A stretch of 40,914 bases of DNA from a virus, in the IMG/VR virus record IMGVR_UViG_3300045988_066297. One strand, given 5' to 3'. The first letter of the stretch is position 1, and every line of letters starts with the position of its first letter. The translations under genes and the position numbers were made by a program. The notes beneath the pieces were generated by a model. That model searched no databases. It had not been told where the DNA came from and worked only from the letters and a program-made list of their open reading frames with translations. Below, one piece after another: positions 7,002 to 16,000 of this stretch.

Positions 7002-10000
7002 TTAATACTTCTTGAAGGTGCTCGCCTTATAGCCTGCGATCTCCCACAGCTTCTTCTGCGCATCCGCAGAAAGTCCGCTGCCTCTCAGTACCTTCTTCAC
7101 GGCCTTCCGCCGGTCGTCACCATCCTTGCCGACCTTCGCAACGTCCATCTCCTCTTTCAATGAGAAGTAGTCCGCTGCATCATAACCGGCATCCGTCCAG
7201 TCCTTCAGCTTCGACGGCTTGCCCGACTCGATGCCCTTCTTCGAAAGGATCTCGTCCATGGCCTGTTCTCTTGCGAGCTGCTTCAGGTCGCCTGCAATCT
7301 TACTCTGCTTGTCCTCGCTGTCACTTGGGTTAATGCAGTCGTCCGCCAGATCGTAGTAGTAACTCTCATATGCGTCCTGGTACTGCATGTACTCCTTGCC
7401 GCTTAGGTCGTAGGTCTTACCATCCGACTTGATGGAAGTATTCATCACGCCAGGAAGAATCGATGCGTTACCGTTGCTCTCCACGATGTCGTAGATTGCC
7501 TTTCGGTCTGCATCTTCCACGCCGTGATCCGACTCCTTCCGGTATGCCTTCAGTTTGTCGAGTGCAGCGCGACGGATCTCTCGCTCATCCTCCTGGCCCT
7601 TCGCAAGGCCGATCGTCTTCTGATAGTACGACTTCATGTTACTGTCGAGCGTGCTTTCCAGTGCCTGCTCGTTCGTGCCGTAAGAGCTGTACATCATTTC
7701 CGAGTCTTCTGCCTTATCATAGATCCAGTTGCTGAGATCATTCGAATAGGTATTATCTCTAAGGTACGTATTCTTTACGCCCATCGTCCAGTCACGCTTG
7801 CCCTTCACTCCATTTCCGTCGTTGATTGGGAAAAGTGCGGAAGGATATGACCACATCCAGCCGAGAATATTCTTGCCGAAATGGTCGGCCTTCTGTGGAC
7901 TAATGCCGAGATACTTTCCGAGCAGGTACGCCATTTCGCTTGACTTCTCCGTGTACTGCAGCGCCGGCACCTTACCTTCATTCTGCTTACTTACGATCGG
8001 ACGGTTGAGGTAATCCTTATTCGCTCTAAGCTGCGACATTTCGCCAACAGCACCGAGTGAGCCAAGAAATCCGGTCGTAAAATCATCGTTTGCCGACTGT
8101 ACTCCATTCGCCATTACATTGACCGGATATTCTGCCAAATCAGACACAATACTCGGAAGTGTGCTGTCTGTAAGGTAGCTGTAGTATTCGTCGAAAGCGT
8201 GATCGTTATCGCCCACCGTTCTTTCAAGAAGTCTCTCAAAGAACGACTCCAGCACAGCTACGTTCTGTCCCTTCGGGATGGTGAAATACTTTCCATCGCC
8301 TAATGAGATACAGAAGTAGGAGTTCTTCGTGTAGTTCGAAAGCATATCGAAATCATCCTTGCTTTCTTTATTTCTACGCGACCATGCGACGACGAGTGCG
8401 GCCATGATCAGAGACAGCGCTGCGGAGAATGCAATTCTACCTGCAATCGCCCGTCCTCTCTCCTTGCCGTTCACCTCAACCCATTTTCCGGTACCGTCTC
8501 CGCCGTCTCCACCGTCTCCGGCACCGCCGACGAATTTCATCTCCCGAAGATCCTCGGCAGTGAAGTACCGGATCATCTTGTCCGTTGCCTGCACGCCTGC
8601 ATTGAAGAACGGGATAAACTGGTTGAGCGTTTTTGAATTGATGCCATTTCTACGGAAGTTTACCGTGATATCCATCGCAGCATAAAACGCCTTCTGCGGA
8701 TTCATGCCGGCTTCACGGCACATCTTATAGGTTGCGAATCTCGGCCCCATCTCGATCATATCCGAAACAAACATCGCCCATTTGAGCGGATTCATTTCCG
8801 GATGTTCTCTCGTAGAGCTGAGTAACTTTCGCATGTCCTTTACATAGTCCTTGCTGCCGGACCATACCGGTGCACCCTCACCGCCCATCGCAAGATACTC
8901 GGAGAAGAGCGGATCAACACTCTTGCCCCGTGCGTTGTTGATGTAGTTAAGGTAGGTATCTGCGACACCCTGCAGCATCTTTCCAGGATTCTTCGTCGCC
9001 ATTGAGTACGTAAGCAGCGTCTGTAGATCTCTCGGCGCATTGGAGAAGATCGACCAGATCACATTGTTTCCAGTGATGTTTGACGTGATGAATCTTGAAA
9101 CCGCTCCGAAAGCAGTGATCACCTTGCTGGCGTTCCGGTAGTCCATGGAAGTGATGGAGCTAAGAAGCAGCGGATCATTGATCTTCCAGAACTCCGGCTT
9201 ACCGGCTACAAGAATCTTGATCTCACCTCTGTTCGGTTTCGCCTTTCCAAGCTGGAACTGCGTCATCGTATCATCGATGGAACCAATGACTTCCTGTAAA
9301 GCATCCTGCATTTCCGGTGCGATTTCGATACCGGCAATGTCATGCGTTTCGTTATAGAGACGGTCCTTGATACCGCGAAGATCGACTTCGACCGGAACCT
9401 TCGGATCAGGCATCTTTTCCATGAATAAAGCATCTGCTTTACTTCTTACGGCTTCTCGTCTGAGCTGAAGCATGACTGCGTTTCTCGCGGCTGCATTCTG
9501 GAGCTTCGTGATGTTGTCGATGATGTTATCGACCGGATGGATCAGATCACGTCCGCTGCCCTTTGCCTTGAACAGCGAATTGCCGCGCTCCTTGAAGCCT
9601 GCTCGGAAGAACGGTACATAGCAAGGGTTCTCCTTCTGCATCGCCTTGTATGCGTCCGCAGAAATCAGCCCCTCGCCAACCGCATAAGTCCACATGAAGT
9701 CGCTTTCGAACTTATACAGTCTGTCAGCAGCTTCGATGAACTCCGGGTGTTCGGATTCGATCTCCTCGATCCGGTTCTCCATCCACTGCGCGTTGTTTTT
9801 GCGATCATCCGCAAATACGCGCTTGTTCTGGGCGATCCACTCGATACCATGCTTCACGGCCAGGTACTCACCGAATGCGATATAAACTTCCTTGTCGTTC
9901 ACATCGATACCGGCGAGCGCATCTTTAAGCCCTGGGCCAATATAATTACCGTCCAGATCATAGATGCCCTCTATGATGGTCTGTGCCACTCGTGCATCCG

Positions 10001-13000
10001 TATAGGCTGCATTCGTCGCATAGGTATATGTATTGGTGCCGTTTCTGACATCGAACTCGCGGAAGCCATGAACGGAATCTACATTTTCCTGGTACCAGCC
10101 ATGATACCAGTCGTGAAATTTCTCCATGTTCGTCCGGTAGTCCGGTCGGCTATCCTCTTTCAGTCTGATCGAGCTCTTCGCGTCGCCAGCATCCATCGAA
10201 TAGTATGCGTTCACCTGATCCGCGAAGCCGTTAAACTTCGCAAGCTCCCCAGGGCTCATCTGCTTGAGGATGTAGTCTGTGAGCTTCGGAAAATCGATAC
10301 GCGCTGCATCGCGGTTCTGTAAGTAGTACCTTACGAACTCTGCAAGTCCCTCCTTTAACTTGACCGATGCACTCTTTCCACTATAGAGATCAGCATTGTC
10401 CGGGTTCATGAAAAATGCGGTCTCGATGTCCTTGCGCACTTCCTTCGGAAGCCTTGCGCTGCCAGTAATGTTGTAGGTCTTGTCGAGCCAGTGACCGAAC
10501 TCGTGCGAGAATGTCGGAAGGTCGTTCGTGATCTTCGTCCGAATTCCGCGGTTCCGCTCATTGAACTCGCCCATATTTCCTTCACCCTTCACATACCGGG
10601 TGCCGGATGTTACATTGAATCCCCAGTCATGTGCCGCCTGGCCGATGATGTCTGACAGACGCTTCGATGAGGTCTCCGTACTATCCTCGTTCTTCTGAGC
10701 CGTCCAGCGTTCCTCTGGCTTCTCGCCATCCTCGCTCGGTGTTGGATTCTTCTTAGAGTTCAGCACTCCGCCGGACTCATCGCCCGTGTCGTCATGCTTC
10801 GACATACTATGAAGCACACCATCGTCAGATGATACCGGTCTTACATCAGATACGGGGTTATCGGCGATAATTGATTCAATTACAGCTTCCCCTCTCTTCC
10901 CTGTAGGAATAAAATAGCGCTCTTCACTGTTGATGATTTCCTTAATAATGCCAGGCATATCATCAACCTGCCACGTATTTGTACCGGTTAGTTCAATTCT
11001 CCATTCTCCCGAAACTCTGCGTTTTCTTAATCTCCATTTATCGCGCTTTAATGCTACCTCCTGATTGCTATCAAGAATTTCAGACATTAATTCCTTCGGC
11101 GTATACTGTTTCTTTGTTCGGGTTTGATTTAATGATCTAAGAACAGTATCGACAAAAGACGGTGAAATTTCGCGTCCAAGATACTGAGTACCATCCGAAG
11201 TTACAACTCGAAGGACTTTTCCTCGCGCATTTTCAATCTTATCCCAAACAGGTAAAAGCACACCTGTAAGTAAATGCAGATTGCTATCAAGATATTTAGG
11301 CGTTTTTTTAATTTCTTCGTTCCATGCATCTTCCCATTCGTTCTTTGGGATCTCTATAGGATTAAGTTTTTCTAACGTTTTGTCTTGATAAATGCTCCTA
11401 TATTCATAAACTGGTGATTTTATTTCATAAAGATCATGTACACGTCCCTTCGTATCTGTTTCAGTGCGGTGCATCTTATATACTGCACGAACCGAGCCAT
11501 CGCCAAATCTGCACAGTCTTAATCTGCCTTCTTTAATATAAAGATTCCATACTTCATCATCGGAACAATAAAACAGTTCCGGCATATCTTTGAAACTAAC
11601 AATAGTAGGCTTTCTATAGACTTTCATTTGAACGTACTGTGTTTCTGCTCCGGTTCTTTCGTCTACATGCACAGTTTTCTTGTCTATAACTTCGATTTTA
11701 TCGGCTTTGACAGATTCCATGCCACGGTCCAATGTTCCGTTCTGAATTGCAGTTTCTGTCATATCATTAAGCAGTGAGTAAAACTCGTTAAATACTTTGT
11801 TCTGATCTTCAACTTTTAATGACAATATACGGTTTAGGAACTTCGGCACATTTCTCAGATCTGGTGCTGATTCATTAATTGCAAAACCGCCCTTTTCATA
11901 AATGTTAATTCCTAAACTCTTGATTAAATCTCTGTCCGCACTTCTATAGAAATTCTCTAGTGCGTCTGCTGCTATAGGGGTTTCAAGATTATCCTTCTCA
12001 CTGAAAATACCACTACCAGCGTCACGCTGTCCCTGCGTTAATGCACCCAACTGATTGAGACGTTTTGCAATCGTCGCGGTAAATCTCTTTTGCCCCATTA
12101 CATTCGTTGTGACGAGTTTGTAAATAGGAGCACTTGCCTCATTGGTTCTATGCGTACGCCCCAGGCCCTGAATTGCGGCATCCGCCTTCCAACCAGGCTG
12201 AAGGATATAGTGGACTCTCTGCTGCTGATTTTTAGCTCTGCGATCAGCGTGATAACTCTTACCTGTGCCACCAGATTCAGAGAATACAAGAATACGTTTA
12301 GTTCCATTCTGAAATGCTTTCGCATCGGCTTCGCCACTTTTAACGCTTCTGTTTTCAATTATTCTCTTGACTGAACCATCAGCCTGCCTCTGATTGACAA
12401 CTCTTCTTGTTCTTCCTGTTACCTCCGCTACATTTTCAGTTCCAAATTCGTCAAGAAGCATTTCAAGCGGTCCGTCTGGGACCTTCATCTTTCCGATTTT
12501 AGTAATGAGCTGGTCTCGAAGTGCAACAGCTCTTTTGTCGAGAACCGGATTTCCTTGACTGTCCTTAACTGGTCTTGATAAGCGATTACCGTTTTCATCC
12601 TCATAGTCTTCGTATACCTGGACAGGAAATGACTTTTTAAGATAGTCAATAAGCGATTCCGACGGAGTAAGATCAAGGTTCTCAAGATCCCCTCCGTTTT
12701 TTTCGTTTTCCGCGATCTTTCTTTTCGCAGCCGCTTCATTCGTATTTGTGAGCTGAATAACTACACTTCTGCCATCGTCAAGTTGCTTTCTTATATCGTC
12801 GATCACACTAGGCATCGCCATAGAGGTGATGATCTGATTATAAAAGCTCTGAAGTCTTGACCAGAACTGGCCAACAGCTATAGCACGTGCATTTCTATTT
12901 CTGCTCTGACCTGTAATTTCGAGTGCAGAATCAAGATTCTGTAGGACAATTCGCCATCCGTCGCTCATTGTGTCGTAAATTTTTGTCTGAGCTGGTGTCA

Positions 13001-16000
13001 GCTCATGTTCGACCGTGTCATACTCTACACCTTCGTAGCTAATGCTTCGCGCCATATATGAACCCATAGCCTTCATATCTCTAGCTACAAGCTCCATGGC
13101 AGCAAGTCCGCCGCTGGAAATCTTCTCATAAAAATCGTTAAAATTCGCAAACGGTGTTCCCTTCCCCCATAGACCGAGTCTGTCAAGGTACGCAAAGTTA
13201 GAAATATCAGATGCACCAGTTGCTGTAGCGTAGAGAATTCGTGCATTAGGAAATGCCTGCTGAAGTTTAACGCCCCATACTGCCATTTGAGAAGTTGATG
13301 TCTTGCCCCATCCCTTTCCCTCAGTAGGAATAGCGTTTTTCATCATGTGGGCTTCATCAAAAACAATCACACCGTCAAAGTCTTTCCCAAGCCATTTGGT
13401 AAGTGTGTCAATTCCGTCCTGCTTACGGTCTCCGATCTGCTTGTATGAAGCAAACATAATACCTTCATCGTATGGAATATCACTGTTCTTGAACTTGGAA
13501 AAATCATATATTTCGGATGCATCCTGTCCAATATCTGACCAGTCTCGCTGCGCGTCAAGCCTAAGCGAAGGGTTCTTACTTACCCAAACAGCCTTTCTTC
13601 TCCCCTGGTTAAAGTTATCAAGAAGAATTGACGCAATTTGAACTCCCTTTCCTACGCCTGTTCCGTCTCCGATAAAATAGCCCTTACGTTCACCGCTTGG
13701 AAGTATCTGAGAGTGCGCCTGCCCTGCATAAACAATATTTTCAAGCTGTGCGCTTGACGGCTTACCGGAGTCAATAAGACTTTGCGGAAGATGCGGCGTA
13801 TATGTTGGCGTAGGCGGTTCTACTGCGCCCATGGCTGCACTTTCTACGAGCTTACCCGGGTGTGGCTTTGCTCCTTCAATATGCACCTTTGCTGGCTCAT
13901 ACGCAGTAAATTTACTATCAATATTAATCTTCGGCTTGCTTACACCTCGCTGTGATCCCTGAACATCTCCATGTACGAGTCTGACATTTCCATCAGACTT
14001 TCCATCGTTCTGATCGCTAACTGTTCCTGGTTCTGATTCGGATACCCGTTCTCCAGACTTTTTAAGTTTTTTAGTACTTCCTGCACTTCCTGATACTCTG
14101 CCACCGTTTCTAACGCGTGCACCAGTTCCTGATTCTCGTGAGGAATCCACTCTTCCATTCCGTCCAGTATCGTTTCTTCTTCCGTCGGCTGCATTTGAAG
14201 CCAGTTCGTCTGCCACTCCGTCTGTCTTTTCGGAAGTACTTCTTCCCTGTACCATGTTGCCAGATTTTCTATTCTGCTCCACAAATCTTCGTTCATTTCT
14301 CACTCCTTCCAGGTCGGTCAGCAGTTCGGAAAGGTCCTTGTATTCTCCGGTTAAGGTCTTTCCTTCCTGTGGGCCTACCTTATCAATGACTACCAGCTGG
14401 TCATCGAAAGTAGTTCCGTACTTCTGATAGTTGGAACCGTCAATGCGCACGTTCGACCGGATGGTGTATTCCCTGCGGAGGTCATTCCACCACGCGGAGA
14501 ACGCCGGTGCATCATCCGCCATGCCGCGACCGAGAATAGCGACCAGTCTGCCGCCTTCCTGGAGACGGTCGAGTGCCTGCTCGATGTGCCGCTTTGCATT
14601 GGCTGTCTTGTTGGTCTTCATTCTGCCTGCAGTAGATGAAAACGGCGGATTCATGATAACCACGGTCGGCTGAATATCGTCAGGAAGAACGTTATTGATC
14701 TGCTCTGCATTCTCGTTGAATGTGCCATCGAGTCCGAGCTCATTGAGGAAAGCAAGTCTGCGCTTTGAAAGCTCATTTCCATAAACCTTCGCGCCCCATG
14801 CTTTACCCCAAAGTGCAAGACCGCCAATACCGGCGGACGGCTCAAGCACAACATCATCACTCGTGATATTTGCCAAGCGTGCTGCCGTGAAAGCGATCGT
14901 CGGCGGCGTAGAGAACTGCTGATATGATTCCATCTCTTCGGTTCTCTTCGTCTTCGTAGGGATATTGCGCAAGATGTTCTGAAGCTCTGACAGCGTGTTG
15001 AGTGCATCTTCAAGTGATCCGTTTCCTGCCTTTACGAAATCGGCATTCATCAGATACTTGTTGATGCCCAGCTCCATACCGTCATAAGCATCTTTTACGG
15101 AATATGTGCCATCAGCCATCGTTCCGCCATAAGCATTATTCGCAACATCGAAAAGCCAGTTTGCCGTAAACGACTGGCCGGACGCAACCTTCGCTGCAAC
15201 TCTATCCGCGATGGATGACTGCGGATTGCTGTTTGCGACCGGCTTTTTCTCCGGCGCTGCAGGACTGGTTTTTGTCGCTGGCGCTGGCTTTGATGCTTCC
15301 TTCGGTGCTTCCTTCGGCTCTTCCTTCTTTTCCTCATTCTTCTGCATGCGGATGTTGTACTGATTATACCCCAGTTTCCACATAGCGTCAGCAGCATCCG
15401 GTCCGACCGGCATCTTGTAGAACTCAGCGAAGTTGCTGTCATTCGATAATCTCGAATACGGCTCGCCATTTAAGCCCGCCTGATAAACCTGTGCCATGAA
15501 ATTGTCCCACTTATAGACGGTCGATGTATCGACAGACGGCCACTGCTCAGAGCCAAGCGAGAAGAAATCGATGTATGTTCGTCTCTCTGCTTCCTTCGTC
15601 CCGAAACGCTTGTACGCTCTGTCCGTTAACGCATCGGCCACATCCGGCTGAAGAATTCCACCAGAAACAAAGCTGTCCGCTTCGGCAGCCGCTTTCTCGT
15701 TCCTCGTGAGGCCATTATTTTCCGCAAATTTAGTAAGATCATCGATAACCGCGTCACGTGACTCATACGGTTTTGTGACATAGCGAAGAGCCCGACCATC
15801 GACGATCACGCCGCCGAACTTGTCGTTTTTCGTGTCACGAAGGCGGCCAACATAGCCATCCTCGTCTGCGGTTATTTCGTACTCGATCTGATCAGCCGTA
15901 AACTTTCCGTTGCTCTTGAGCTTATCATGAAGCTGATTCGTCGTGAGCTTCCTGTCGGAATTTCCGACAGGTTCGTTTGTTTCTGGCTCCGGTTCCTGCT

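Noticed and set aside
9537-10322. 261-aa plus-strand ORF, and many other 60-140-aa ORFs, inside 7002-18419
   Set aside because: All lie within or antisense to the giant ORF, whose enzymatic motifs are all in one frame over 11.4 kb. Their compositions are junk-like (R/C/S/L-rich) and they have no RBS.
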